A stretch of DNA of 64,000 bases. Origin: Candidatus Latescibacterota bacterium (GTDB taxonomy: Bacteria; Latescibacterota; UBA2968; GCA-2709665). This document shows, in pieces, positions 19,213 to 28,733 of this stretch. Position 1 is the first letter of the stretch. The number at the start of each line of letters is the position of its first letter. The notes beneath the pieces are model-generated. The model did not search any database, was not told the origin of the DNA, and was given only the letters and a program-made list of their open reading frames with translations. A program made the position numbers and the translations under genes. The DNA lies in assembly GCA_965248435.1 (NCBI GenBank), contig OZ252100.1, forward strand, positions 960,001 through 1,024,000, read 5' to 3'.

Positions 19213-20037
19213 CTATATCTCGCTAATGATATTCTTGACTCTACTTACACCATCCTCGCTTATCTTCCAGGTCAATCCAAATCGTGAACTGATTTCCCTG
19301 CGTTGCTCCTCATGTAGCTCCACTAGGTTAGCGTAAGCCTTCTTGAGGGAGTCACGTGTTGGCTGGGGGAATAGGCTCGCAAATCGGCCAGCCAGGTCCG
19401 ATGGCATTCGCTGCTCGAGCTGCCTGGGCGTGAATCCGTGTTCTCCCTGTAGACAGGCATGCCATTTCTCCACGATGTCTCGTAGATCGGCAAACGACCA
19501 AGCTGCGGAGTAGTATTCACCACGTTTGGTGTGTAATGCAACATACACAAGCCACGCCCAGAGACGTTCGTCTTCATGAATCAACAGTTCTTCACAGCGA
19601 GTCGGTCTGCTCTCGCCGCGTGCCCTGGCTTCATCATTCGAACCCTGACACCATTCCTCAAGCCCGTCTGACTTCGTCCAGATAAGGTGAAAAGGCGCGC
19701 CTTCCAAACCGGGCAAGTCCTCTCGTACGTACAAATTGATGTCTACCTTGACACAAGGCTCGAAGAGATAGATTACGAAATACTCCTTGATGTGATCTGC
19801 ATCAAATCGGTGGAACCACGGTTCGGTAGCCCAATTCCACCTTTCAGACCAGACCGCATCTCGGATCTTCTGGGAATCAAGAACGACCCCCAAGTCAAGG
19901 TCGGATTGCTCGTCCATCTCCCCGGTAGCCTGACTTCCGCTGGCGAAGATGCCGATGATTCCGTCTATGTCCCGGAAGTGTCGCAGTAGACTGTCAAGAA
20001 CGCGTCTGTGCTCAGAGAGATGAACTGTATCGAACAC
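19213..20037 (-). CDS. Nucleotidyltransferase (ANT/Lnu-like two-domain)
   Basis: SGSQATGEMDEQSDLDL; C-terminal helical domain with KRGE. Confidence 0.8.
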   Translation of the reverse strand: MFDTVHLSEHRRVLDSLLRHFRDIDGIIGIFASGSQATGEMDEQSDLDLGVVLDSQKIRDAVWSERWNWATEPWFHRFDADHIKEYFVIYLFEPCVKVDINLYVREDLPGLEGAPFHLIWTKSDGLEEWCQGSNDEARARGESRPTRCEELLIHEDERLWAWLVYVALHTKRGEYYSAAWSFADLRDIVEKWHACLQGEHGFTPRQLEQRMPSDLAGRFASLFPQPTRDSLKKAYANLVELHEEQRREISSRFGLTWKISEDGVSRVKNIISEI

Positions 20038-20071
20038 CAGGAGAATCCTTTACCAACATTCTGTGGCTGTC

Positions 20072-20156
20072 CGCCAACGTTCTCGGCACCCACGATCCCG
20101 CGCAGCAGGTCGGGCGAGGGGCCGGATGGCCGGAGCCGTGGGTGCTCGTGTTTCAC
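20072..20156 (-). repeat. attC site (intact arms)
   Basis: GCCAAC...GTTTCAC; arms GCACCCACG/CGTGGGTGC. Confidence 0.85.
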
Positions 20157-20176
20157 GCTGCCGTACGATCGAGACC

Positions 20177-21178
20177 TCATATCTCGAAGAGAAACGACTT
20201 CCTATCTAGAAACTTACGGCAGTAGTCTCTTGCGAATATAGGGATACGTTTCTTCATGGCATCGTGGGTTTCTGGATTTGGGATGTGGAACGAATAGCCG
20301 GAGAGGATGGCTACTATGGCAAATGCCTCTACCCACTGAATGACCTCCCGAGGTAGGGTCCGCAGGCGAGCGTAACCATCTAGGAAAGGCTTCCTCATTT
20401 CTGTCTTTAGGCAAGGAACGCTAACGCCGAAGTCGAACAATAGATGCCCAAATCCACACAGGGAAAAGTCAATGGGACGGACATCGTCTTCGTGTACAAG
20501 CACATTTCCACCCTGGAGGTCCGAGTGGATCAACCCCCAGCTTTCGTGACTTGCCCCAATTGAGTCCAAAACTGATTTGACCTCCTTCGCCGTTTCAGAC
20601 AATACTCGATACTCTTCGTCACTAAAGAGTCCAAGCTGCAAACCCGGTCTAAGCAATTCCAGTCTTCTTCGAATATAGTCCGTTTCGTATGCAGGTCTGA
20701 CGAAGTCGCTGGGGTGAGCCCACCTGTTCGAATGATCGTGGAGTTTTGCCAGCATCCGACCGAACGATTCTGCAAGATTGCAGACATTATTCGCTTCCTG
20801 AAACAGCGTTTCCCCGTCTATCCATTCCAAAATTGAGCAGGGAACCTCCTCTTGTTCTGAGTGAGCAAGAAAAGAGACAAGCTTGCCTTCGTTTGAACGG
20901 ATTGGTTTCTGAACTGTGATGTCTGTATCTCGTGCTATAGCGTCTAGCCACATCAATTCAGAGCTAATCATCCCCTCAGTGTATCTTTTCTTGTCAAAGT
21001 TCGTGGTCGCTGGAGAATGGATTCGCAGTAGCAGAGAACGGCCTTGAGTCCCTTCCCGGACTCTAAAAGTCATGTTCTCATTATGTCTTATAAACTCTGG
21101 CGTTGGATCTTTCAAATCATACTGGCTTAGCGCTTGGTTTGCGAGGCTAAGGGCATCTTTGAGCGAAATGGAATGCAC
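20177..21178 (-). CDS. Phosphotransferase (APH/homoserine kinase type II family)
   Basis: LRIH, LIHSDLQGGN and IDFS motifs. Confidence 0.9.
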   Translation of the reverse strand: MHSISLKDALSLANQALSQYDLKDPTPEFIRHNENMTFRVREGTQGRSLLLRIHSPATTNFDKKRYTEGMISSELMWLDAIARDTDITVQKPIRSNEGKLVSFLAHSEQEEVPCSILEWIDGETLFQEANNVCNLAESFGRMLAKLHDHSNRWAHPSDFVRPAYETDYIRRRLELLRPGLQLGLFSDEEYRVLSETAKEVKSVLDSIGASHESWGLIHSDLQGGNVLVHEDDVRPIDFSLCGFGHLLFDFGVSVPCLKTEMRKPFLDGYARLRTLPREVIQWVEAFAIVAILSGYSFHIPNPETHDAMKKRIPIFARDYCRKFLDRKSFLFEI

Positions 21179-21223
21179 TATGAACAGTCCTCATCTACTA
21201 TTGCTCTGCCATATGAAGCTCAA

Positions 21224-21811
21224 TCAGAGACTCTTCCTTGCACAACATCTGACCCACTTTTCATTCGACCATATGTCGAGAATGTGAAAACCTTCACCAC
21301 ATACTGCAGCACTCAACTGTTCCACACGCCAGTAGGTAAACCAACGTGGAGCGTTCTCATCGCCTGGTTCCCACCTCTCGCCAACACCTTTCTTCACGCT
21401 GATGAAGAGATTACCTCCTGGCTTAAGGACTCGGCAAAATTCTCTTAGCGTCCAAGGTATGGCCTCCCTTTCAATGTGAAGAAGAGAAGCGTTGACCCAT
21501 AACCCATCTATCTTCTGCAGAAAAGGCAGGGTTTCCATGTCTGCTTGTACAAAAGGGTAAGGAAACATGCGTCTTCCGATCTTAATCATCTGGCTGGAAA
21601 GGTCGAGGCCTATCACTCGAAATCCTTTCGCCAGCAGAAGATCTCCATCAAATCCGGGACCACATCCGATATCCAAGATCAGATCGTTTGCCTCACAGTG
21701 CTGAGCGAACTGATCGAGATTGCCCTCAATCTTGCTCCGATCCTTATTTCTCTCAAGAAAGCGTTCCGCAATCTGATTATAGGACTGGGTGGTACCCGCC
21801 TTGGTAGACAT
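21224..21811 (-). CDS. Class I SAM-dependent methyltransferase
   Basis: ILDIGCGPG, ASLLH and LKPGG motifs. Confidence 0.9.
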   Translation of the reverse strand: MSTKAGTTQSYNQIAERFLERNKDRSKIEGNLDQFAQHCEANDLILDIGCGPGFDGDLLLAKGFRVIGLDLSSQMIKIGRRMFPYPFVQADMETLPFLQKIDGLWVNASLLHIEREAIPWTLREFCRVLKPGGNLFISVKKGVGERWEPGDENAPRWFTYWRVEQLSAAVCGEGFHILDIWSNEKWVRCCARKSL

Positions 21812-21891
21812 TACTTTGGCTCTTTCCTAGTTCTGATTTTGTTCGCAATAGCGTTTCTGAGAATTCTGGGAGTTGGGGACCTGCCAATACC

Positions 21892-21948
21892 GCACAACGT
21901 TCTAGGCTCTACGGCGGATGCCACGAGCCGCAGCCGGTCGTGTTATGT
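21892..21948 (-). repeat. attC site (shortened)
   Basis: GCACAACGTTCT...GTCGTGTTATG. Confidence 0.7.
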
Positions 21949-22021
21949 TGCAGTGCCAGCAGTTTGAGTTTAAGAGCTTGTCGTGGACTCTACGGAACAC
22001 CTCAGACGAAATATCCATTTC

Positions 22022-22936
22022 TTACTTCTCAAACATGGCCCTGTATTCTGGAATCATCCAGTCCCGATTGGTGAAATCGGGGAGACTGTTTCGGCGGAAT
22101 AAATCCAGCAGGTAAAGGCATTGCTCCTTTCGAATGCCTTTAGCGAGATTTGGGCCATACGATGCCCCGCCAAAATGAAGCACACCCCGGCTGGAGGTCA
22201 GATAGACCATCTCGTGGGTAGTCATCACAGCTGTCATCAGACCCATGGTGTCATAGTAGCCCGCGCCCTCCAAGGTGTCTTCATACATCCAGGCGCAGCT
22301 AAAACCTATACGATCAGCTACACGACGAAAAACCTTCGAGTTCTTGACCAAAGTGCAACACGGCAAACACCGTGGATGGTTCGTGCCCACCATTGTAGCC
22401 AAAGGCTCTCCAGTGTTCTCTGGAGTTGGAGCAAACAGGTTTCTTAGGTGATGAAGGTACAACTTATTCTTCTGGGCACGCTCTTTGGACCGGTATTGCG
22501 AAAGGTCCTGAGTAAAAACATTCCTATCGCCATGAAATAGACTCAAGCTATCTGGATCTTCATTGGCTTGAATCGCCCACGCTTCCTCCCGGTCTTCGAT
22601 CGCCAGAATCATTTGGTCGATCGTATCCGACATCACAAAGCAAATATCGGAGTCGACAAGGAGGTAGTAATCACAATCGGGGTCATCCATCACGAACTGT
22701 CGAAGAACCTCACCGTGCGAGTTGGCCTGTCTCCCCTCGGCCTCCCAGCCGCTTTGTCTGAACTCAATTCCGACGCTTTCGGCGTAATCCTTTAGATCCT
22801 CCGTTCGCTCTGTGGACGAATTGTCCATGATGACGAACTTCAGATCACTACGCGCACTGTGCATAGCGAAGTAGGATCTGGCCGCCAGCTCGGTGAAAGC
22901 GGAACTGTTGTGATTGATGATAACCGCGTTGATCAT
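22022..22936 (-). CDS. Glycosyltransferase family 2 (GT-A) protein
   Basis: VIINHN, DNSS and LVDSD (DxD) motifs. Confidence 0.75.
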   Translation of the reverse strand: MINAVIINHNSSAFTELAARSYFAMHSARSDLKFVIMDNSSTERTEDLKDYAESVGIEFRQSGWEAEGRQANSHGEVLRQFVMDDPDCDYYLLVDSDICFVMSDTIDQMILAIEDREEAWAIQANEDPDSLSLFHGDRNVFTQDLSQYRSKERAQKNKLYLHHLRNLFAPTPENTGEPLATMVGTNHPRCLPCCTLVKNSKVFRRVADRIGFSCAWMYEDTLEGAGYYDTMGLMTAVMTTHEMVYLTSSRGVLHFGGASYGPNLAKGIRKEQCLYLLDLFRRNSLPDFTNRDWMIPEYRAMFEK

Positions 22937-22988
22937 CGAACTAGAGGTCCTGATTGTCTACTCTGTTATCAGGAAAGGCCGGCACTTC

Positions 22989-23060
22989 CTATAACGTTCT
23001 CGGCACCCACGAACCTGCCACAGGCAGGTTACAGCGGAGCCGCAACACGCCATGTTATGT
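22989..23060 (-). repeat. attC site (chimeric arms)
   Basis: CTATAACGTTCTCGGCACCCAC...CATGTTATG. Confidence 0.75.
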
Positions 23061-23114
23061 GCCCGTGCGGCCCTAGCCTGGCTTGCCAGGAAGGCGAGCC
23101 AGGTCCACAGGGAA

Positions 23115-23969
23115 TCAGGAATGCTCCACCAGAAACTCACGCAGGATCTTCTTGAGGTCTTCTGGTCTTTCCACCCATGGATAATGCCCGCTTTCTTCGA
23201 TCGCACGATAGCAGCCGTTCTGGACCAGAGATGACAGCTTCTCTATGAAGTGGGCGGGGCGAGAGTCTGCTGCTCCATGGACAAATAGGATTGGCATCCG
23301 CAACCGGTGAACGGCTTTGTGGAATGCCGGATCATTCTGGTAGGCACTCCAATCAGAGCCGACTTCTCGGTTTACATCGTTGCTTGTAGGATGGAGATCA
23401 TATTGGGGTAGCATTCCAATATGATCCGGGCTGCATACATCGGCCCTTCTGCTTAGTTCCGTGAGCCGTTTCTCCATTCGTTCGAGCTCGACCCCTTCGA
23501 CTTCCTCCCTCTCAGATCGAAGGCGAGTGTATTCGTTTCTTTCGGCCTCAGACAGAACAGCCAGCCGATTCTTCCGGTACTCTTCATGCCATTTGGGATC
23601 AATCCCCGTTCCGGAAATATGAATGACGGCAGTTGTGTGAGCCGGGAACCGGACCGCATGGGCGAGGGCAAGACCTGCTCCCCAAGAGTGACCGGCAACG
23701 ATCCAGCGTTCATGTGCATAGTGTTTTCTGAGGCTATCAAGATCCTCAACGAAGGTAGAAACATTATAGGGTCCTGATTCACTTGATCGTCCGCCTCCGC
23801 GCTGGTCATAACGAATCACCTGGCAGAGATCGTCAATCATTTCCGCTACGGGTTCTAGACAATCGTAAGCGCCAGGTCCGCCGTGACACAGTACGATCGG
23901 AAGGCCCCCTCCCTGCACCGTACTCCAAAGATTCACTCCGTTCACAGCGACCATCTGCTCCAAGCACAT
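23115..23969 (-). CDS. Alpha/beta hydrolase (proline iminopeptidase-like)
   Basis: HGGPG, YDQRG, GHSWG and SGH motifs. Confidence 0.9.
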   Translation of the reverse strand: MCLEQMVAVNGVNLWSTVQGGGLPIVLCHGGPGAYDCLEPVAEMIDDLCQVIRYDQRGGGRSSESGPYNVSTFVEDLDSLRKHYAHERWIVAGHSWGAGLALAHAVRFPAHTTAVIHISGTGIDPKWHEEYRKNRLAVLSEAERNEYTRLRSEREEVEGVELERMEKRLTELSRRADVCSPDHIGMLPQYDLHPTSNDVNREVGSDWSAYQNDPAFHKAVHRLRMPILFVHGAADSRPAHFIEKLSSLVQNGCYRAIEESGHYPWVERPEDLKKILREFLVEHS

Positions 23970-24041
23970 ACTGAAATACTCTTCTTTCTGCGAGCTTGCG
24001 ATTAAAGGGTTGTCAAAAAAGGCTCTAACTTCGCAACCTCT

Positions 24042-24503
24042 TCAATTCAGATCGGTTCGAATATGAGAACCGAATTCTTTCGCGATTCTTCCTAGCAAAT
24101 CTTCAGATACAGACTTTGTGGCTCCCGGAACTGCATAATGAGCAGGATAGTCTGGGTCATCGAATTGGCATCCTGCGAAGGTCCGGACCTGACTATAGCG
24201 GGGGATCAGATGCAAGTGAACATGCCGATCCTGATTCTGAAGAAAAGCGTAATTAAAGTGATCGGGATTAAATGCTTCATTCAGTGCTCGAGTTGCAATA
24301 CGCAGTTGATGTTGTAATTCCGCCCACTCATCCGCTGAGAATTCGCTGACAACTTCGATGTGACGGCGCAATACCAAGAAACACTTGCCCAAAAGATTTT
24401 GATTTGTGTTGACGACAAGGATCCAATGCGAACTTTGGGAAACTACCGGAGCCAATGCGGAGTCACACAGCCCACATTCAGGGTTATTAATGACATTTGA
24501 CAT
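24042..24503 (-). CDS. HIT family protein
   Basis: HVHLHLIPRY; start moved to MSNV (the longer ORF crosses an attC). Confidence 0.9.
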   Translation of the reverse strand: MSNVINNPECGLCDSALAPVVSQSSHWILVVNTNQNLLGKCFLVLRRHIEVVSEFSADEWAELQHQLRIATRALNEAFNPDHFNYAFLQNQDRHVHLHLIPRYSQVRTFAGCQFDDPDYPAHYAVPGATKSVSEDLLGRIAKEFGSHIRTDLN

Positions 24504-24529
24504 TTTCGATTTCCTTAACCGCTCATGCC

Positions 24530-24615
24530 CGCTAACCTTCTCGCCGGCTGCGAACCTGCCGCAGGCAGTTGAGCGAAGGTGCGGCTGCACCGAGCCGCCC
24601 ACGGGCGTGTTGCAA
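24530..24615 (-). repeat. attC site (chimeric arms)
   Basis: CGCTAAC...GGCGTGTTGCAA. Confidence 0.8.
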
Positions 24616-24628
24616 GCCGTGGCAATCT

Positions 24629-25432
24629 TTATTGGTCACGGTCACCCTTAGCGCCAGCGGTCCGATACAGCCAGATCGAATAACTCGACCAGTATCTTAT
24701 CCGATCTATATCTGTGTAATTTGTCTTCAGATTGTCTATAAACTCGACGTAGGCTCGGTCGAAGTCTTCTTGCGAATAGCGGTCGAACGTGGAGTAAAAC
24801 TTGTTGCGGGTCTGTTCACAGATCCAAGAGAATGTAGCCTCCCGAGGAAACCGAAATTCGTAGGTACCCTCCAAGATGAATCGAGGATCGAGGTCGGAGG
24901 CATTGTTCATAGTTGCCCTAGGTGGTACGAGGCTGTAATCGATGTATCCTGGAAACCATCGCCCCCAGACATGCTCTTCCTCTTGTTCTCTTAGCCTTGT
25001 GTAGACACCGAAGTGCCCACCGGTTTCGCAGATGCGATAGACTTCCGAAAACGTCTCAACCAACGGAAGATAGTGGATCGAATTGAAGGAGATCGAAAGT
25101 GATATGCTGTGCGAATCTATTCCAGTCTGCCCAGAAGTAGCTCCCATCCAGTCACACTCAAATTCGTAGTCGCTCGATTGTGCTGCCGCCTCCCTCAGCA
25201 TCTCTTGGCTTGTGTCTACCCCTACTAGCCTTTGCACAGGATAACCTGACTCCTTTAGTCTCGCTGCCAAAGCAAAGCCGTACCGGGCAGTACCACATCC
25301 AAGATCGCACACGGAATGCACACGCCGTGGAAGGGCCTTCACGAGCCAATTGATTGGCTCCAAATCTGTGGTCCTGTACTTGTCGTAATCACTTGCGACA
25401 GAATTGAAGTGATCAGCCGACTCTTGACTCAT
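24629..25432 (-). CDS. Class I SAM-dependent methyltransferase
   Basis: DLGCGTA motif I. Confidence 0.88.
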   Translation of the reverse strand: MSQESADHFNSVASDYDKYRTTDLEPINWLVKALPRRVHSVCDLGCGTARYGFALAARLKESGYPVQRLVGVDTSQEMLREAAAQSSDYEFECDWMGATSGQTGIDSHSISLSISFNSIHYLPLVETFSEVYRICETGGHFGVYTRLREQEEEHVWGRWFPGYIDYSLVPPRATMNNASDLDPRFILEGTYEFRFPREATFSWICEQTRNKFYSTFDRYSQEDFDRAYVEFIDNLKTNYTDIDRIRYWSSYSIWLYRTAGAKGDRDQ

Positions 25433-25510
25433 ATTTCATCCCATAGTGGAATCCGCTCATCACGCGGTGTTGCGTGTGTGCGCATATAAGAACCAGAGAC
25501 TGCCATGGCT

Positions 25511-25594
25511 TGTAAACGATTTGCCGTGCGCGAACTGCCGCAGGCAGTTGGGCGAAGGTGCGAATGCACCGAGCCGCGCACGGGCGTGTTATAC
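25511..25594 (-). repeat. attC site (intact arms)
   Basis: TGTAAAC...GTTATAC; arms CCGTGCGCG/CGCGCACGG. Confidence 0.85.
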
Positions 25595-25601
25595 GACCTG
25601 G

Positions 25602-26441
25602 TTAATCCTCACGACTCTCTTTCTCTGACCAGAATGTCATCCAAGGAGGTGCGAAATATTGGTAGTGCTCCCATGATCCGGGTTCGGCCTCGGGATCTCT
25701 CTCGCTCTCACCATCTTCATGTATTCGGAGGAGCATCAGCCCCCGGTCAATGAGTCCGTTGACAATTGTACTCAGAAGATGACGGTATTCCTGGGGGGCT
25801 GGAATGCGTTTTTGATTACCGTCAGCGTCGTGGAAGTTCCAATGAGGATCCAACGTAGAAATCTCCGCTCCCTCGACATAGGGAAGCCGAATCGGGTACC
25901 CAATGCCCTTCCAGAGATCTTCCTTTGGCCAAGAGCTGCCCCAACAACCATCGATCCACGACCCGTGCACAAACGGATTATGCGTTGAAAGCACATACTT
26001 CCCACCAGGTCGGAGAACCCGGGCAACACCGTCGAAGACAGGATCGATATCGCGAACGTAGTTGATCGAATACCCCTGCGAGACGAGATCGAACTCCTCG
26101 TCTGCAAAATCGGTCAGGTCGCGTATATCGCCCTCGACTGTTCGTATTTCGAAGCCATAGTGGTCAGCCGCAAGACGATCGGCTGCTAACTGCTTTGGCG
26201 AATGGTCAAAAACGGTAACTTGCGAGCCAAGGAAGGCGAAGGCTGCAGACTGTTTTCCTCCACCGTTCGCCAAGCAGAGCACCCTGCACCCAGACAGATC
26301 GCCCAAGATTCCTCCATGGTTGTCGGCGATCTCGGCAGCACGATCTGCCGTCAAGTCGAGAACAGGACGTGAACAGACAACCCCGGCTTCGGCGAGCGCA
26401 TCCCACTGTCTCCGGTTGTACTCGTTAATGTTCTCGCTCAT
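25602..26441 (-). CDS. Class I SAM-dependent methyltransferase
   Basis: VLCLANGGG and RVLRPGG motifs. Confidence 0.88.
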   Translation of the reverse strand: MSENINEYNRRQWDALAEAGVVCSRPVLDLTADRAAEIADNHGGILGDLSGCRVLCLANGGGKQSAAFAFLGSQVTVFDHSPKQLAADRLAADHYGFEIRTVEGDIRDLTDFADEEFDLVSQGYSINYVRDIDPVFDGVARVLRPGGKYVLSTHNPFVHGSWIDGCWGSSWPKEDLWKGIGYPIRLPYVEGAEISTLDPHWNFHDADGNQKRIPAPQEYRHLLSTIVNGLIDRGLMLLRIHEDGESERDPEAEPGSWEHYQYFAPPWMTFWSEKESRED

Positions 26442-26501
26442 TGGGCTTCCTTTGAATGGCGGCGTACGCTGCTGATAGTCTCAACGCAACTCAGCCATGC
26501 C

Positions 26502-26557
26502 GTATAACGTTCTCGGGCTTTTGCGAACCCTGCCGTCCCGAAGGGCTGGCATGCCGG
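26502..26557 (-). repeat. attC half-site (R' side only)
   Basis: GTATAACGTTCTCGGGC...GCGAACC; no CGTGTT end. Confidence 0.7.
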
Positions 26558-26571
26558 TTGTGCTCGCTATT

Positions 26572-26994
26572 TCACTGCAACCGTGCGAGCAACTCATCGA
26601 AACGTTCCTGAATCTCCGGATGAGGTGACCATTTGACATCTTGCCCGTCACCCTTGTGTCTAGGAACGATGTGGAAATGAAGGTGGAACACGTCCTGTTG
26701 TGCCTCGGGGCCAGAGCTGTTGACGATCTGTACGTTCTCGATGCCGAGTTTCTCGTGGTATAGGTTCACAACATGCTTCAAGGCTGAGATGACATGGGTC
26801 AGTTCGTAGTCAGGCACGTCGAATATGTTGGTGTAGTGACGTTTGGAGATTACCAGCGTATGGTACTCATTAACTGGGTGGATATCGAGGAAGGCATAGG
26901 CCAAGTCAGTTTCGTAAACCTTCCATGACTTGGCTGTTCCCGCCAAGACTTGGCAGAAAATACAGTCGCCGGTATTTGATTGTTCCTGAGTCAT
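26572..26994 (-). CDS. HIT family protein
   Basis: CIFC, FLDIHP and HLHFHIVPR motifs. Confidence 0.93.
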   Translation of the reverse strand: MTQEQSNTGDCIFCQVLAGTAKSWKVYETDLAYAFLDIHPVNEYHTLVISKRHYTNIFDVPDYELTHVISALKHVVNLYHEKLGIENVQIVNSSGPEAQQDVFHLHFHIVPRHKGDGQDVKWSPHPEIQERFDELLARLQ

Positions 26995-27037
26995 GGCCGT
27001 ATTCTCAGCGAACTGGGTTTATGTATGTTCAGCTCCA

Positions 27038-27185
27038 CTCAATTTTCCCTAAGTTCATTCCTATATGTCGCTTCCTGAGGATTTCCTGGTAGTTCTCCTG
27101 AAATCTGACTCTAGATATGGGTTACGCCGAGATCGACCAAATTTCCCGATTTTGGCTGACATAGGAATTCTACGCGGGTTTTCTG
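27038..27185. mobile_element. ~150-bp non-coding repeated element, copy 2
   Basis: Colinear with 17124-17270 and abutting the same point of an attC right half. Confidence 0.75.
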
Positions 27186-27216
27186 CCGGCCTGAGCCGCA
27201 GCTGGTCGTGTTGGGC
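27186..27216 (-). repeat. attC half-site (R'' side only)
   Basis: GGCCTGAGCCGCAGCTGGTCGTGTTGGGC. Confidence 0.7.
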
Positions 27217-27238
27217 GAAGTCTTGCTTCTGAATGGCC

Positions 27239-27970
27239 TCAGGAGATGAGTTGAGGCAGTTCCGAAAGGCTTTCGACGATGAAGCCGTAGCTACGGTTAC
27301 TGGCCTTTCCTACTTTTACGGTCTTAGCCCCAGCCCTCTCCGCTGCGGCAAGTGCATCATCCTCGTCGTCCACGACAAAAACGTCCTTCGGATTAGCACC
27401 AATTTCTCCGAAAATCTTCGGATAGAAACTCTGACTTTCCTTCCGAACTCCTAGAAGATCCGAACCGAATGGTTTGCCGACGATATCCTGCAGGCCAAGA
27501 CGATCCAACACTGTCTGCACGATCCAAGAAGGGTTTCCAGATGCCATGTGGATATCGAAGCTGTTTCCTAATTCTGAAACCGCCTCCACCACGCCAGGGA
27601 ACACACCTCTCGTGTTCAGATAGAAGTGCGTTAGGACTCTCTCTGCAGCATCTACCTGCCCCTCTCGAGTCTTGGGTGCAGCCACTCCAACAGCAGCACA
27701 GGTTTCCACTATCCAATCAGCATGTAGACGGTCCCAGGTTCGAGCGAGATTCAAGCCTCGTAGCCCACCCTCATCATTGTAGTCCTGAAACCCTCTCACC
27801 CTGACACGCTGCCAAGTTTCCTCTTGGTGTCGGATCCACGAGGAGACTTCCCCGCCAAGTATCTCCACGAAAGCGGACTCAGCGAGACGTTCCCACTCTG
27901 GCAGCCATTGGTCGTTGTCGAGGATTACACCGTCCAGATCCAGCAAAACAAATGCGATGTTACTTGGCAT
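27239..27970 (-). CDS. HAD family hydrolase
   Basis: LDLDGV and VVDD motifs. Confidence 0.88.
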   Translation of the reverse strand: MPSNIAFVLLDLDGVILDNDQWLPEWERLAESAFVEILGGEVSSWIRHQEETWQRVRVRGFQDYNDEGGLRGLNLARTWDRLHADWIVETCAAVGVAAPKTREGQVDAAERVLTHFYLNTRGVFPGVVEAVSELGNSFDIHMASGNPSWIVQTVLDRLGLQDIVGKPFGSDLLGVRKESQSFYPKIFGEIGANPKDVFVVDDEDDALAAAERAGAKTVKVGKASNRSYGFIVESLSELPQLIS

Positions 27971-28010
27971 TGATGAGTTCCGATGGTGTTGAATGTGATG
28001 GTTTGGTTTC

Positions 28011-28097
28011 GGCTAACGTTCCTGGCGCCCACGAACCTACCGAGCAGGATTCGGCAGAAGGCGCGAATGCACCGAGCCGCGAACGGGCGTGTTAGCA
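28011..28097 (-). repeat. attC site
   Basis: GGCTAAC...GGCGTGTTAGCA. Confidence 0.85.
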
Positions 28098-28122
28098 GAA
28101 GTGGACCCGGTTTACCTCTGAT

Positions 28123-28617
28123 TTAAGGGAAGTCCAGGTGCGCTCGGATTCGGGATGTCATATCGCGAAGCTCCTCCATCGTCAGGACCTTCGGTTTCAC
28201 TTTCTCGAATTTCAGATTTTCCGCCCGAGCGATCTGAGGAGGAAACTTTCCAATCGGATTATCTGTTTTCCATTGCGGCACGAGATGTAAATGATAGTGC
28301 GGCACTTCCTGGTAGCTGGCGATGCCATTGTTCTGGTAAACCAGCAAACCCTCGGCGTCGACGGCCATGGAGATGGCTCTGCCGATGCGCTGGCTAACAC
28401 CTGCTATCTCAACAAGCTCAGCCTCAGTGAGGTCGAACACTGTGGGCGCATGTCTCCTTGGAATAATGACGCACTGTCCATCCAGGAATTGGCGGCCATT
28501 TACTCGGGCCAAGATAGTGTCAGTTTCGTAGACGAAGTCCTGAGCCTGCCCGTTGCGGACTGCATCACAGAAGAAGCACGGATCCTGGATGGGCAGGTCG
28601 AAACCTTCGAAGGTCAT
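28123..28617 (-). CDS. HIT family protein
   Basis: CFFC and QEVPHYHLHLVP motifs. Confidence 0.92.
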   Translation of the reverse strand: MTFEGFDLPIQDPCFFCDAVRNGQAQDFVYETDTILARVNGRQFLDGQCVIIPRRHAPTVFDLTEAELVEIAGVSQRIGRAISMAVDAEGLLVYQNNGIASYQEVPHYHLHLVPQWKTDNPIGKFPPQIARAENLKFEKVKPKVLTMEELRDMTSRIRAHLDFP

Positions 28618-28633
28618 GATTCAATTCCATTTC

Positions 28634-28701
28634 TGCTAACGTTCTCGGCACCCACGAACCTGCCGAGCGGGTTGGGCGAAGTGGCGAATGCCGTGTTGTG
28701 C
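28634..28701 (-). repeat. attC site (right arm deleted)
   Basis: TGCTAACGTTCTCGGCACCCAC...TGCCGTGTTGTGC. Confidence 0.8.
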
Positions 28702-28733
28702 GCTGTGCCTGCCGGGGTGGAATCGGGGATGAT

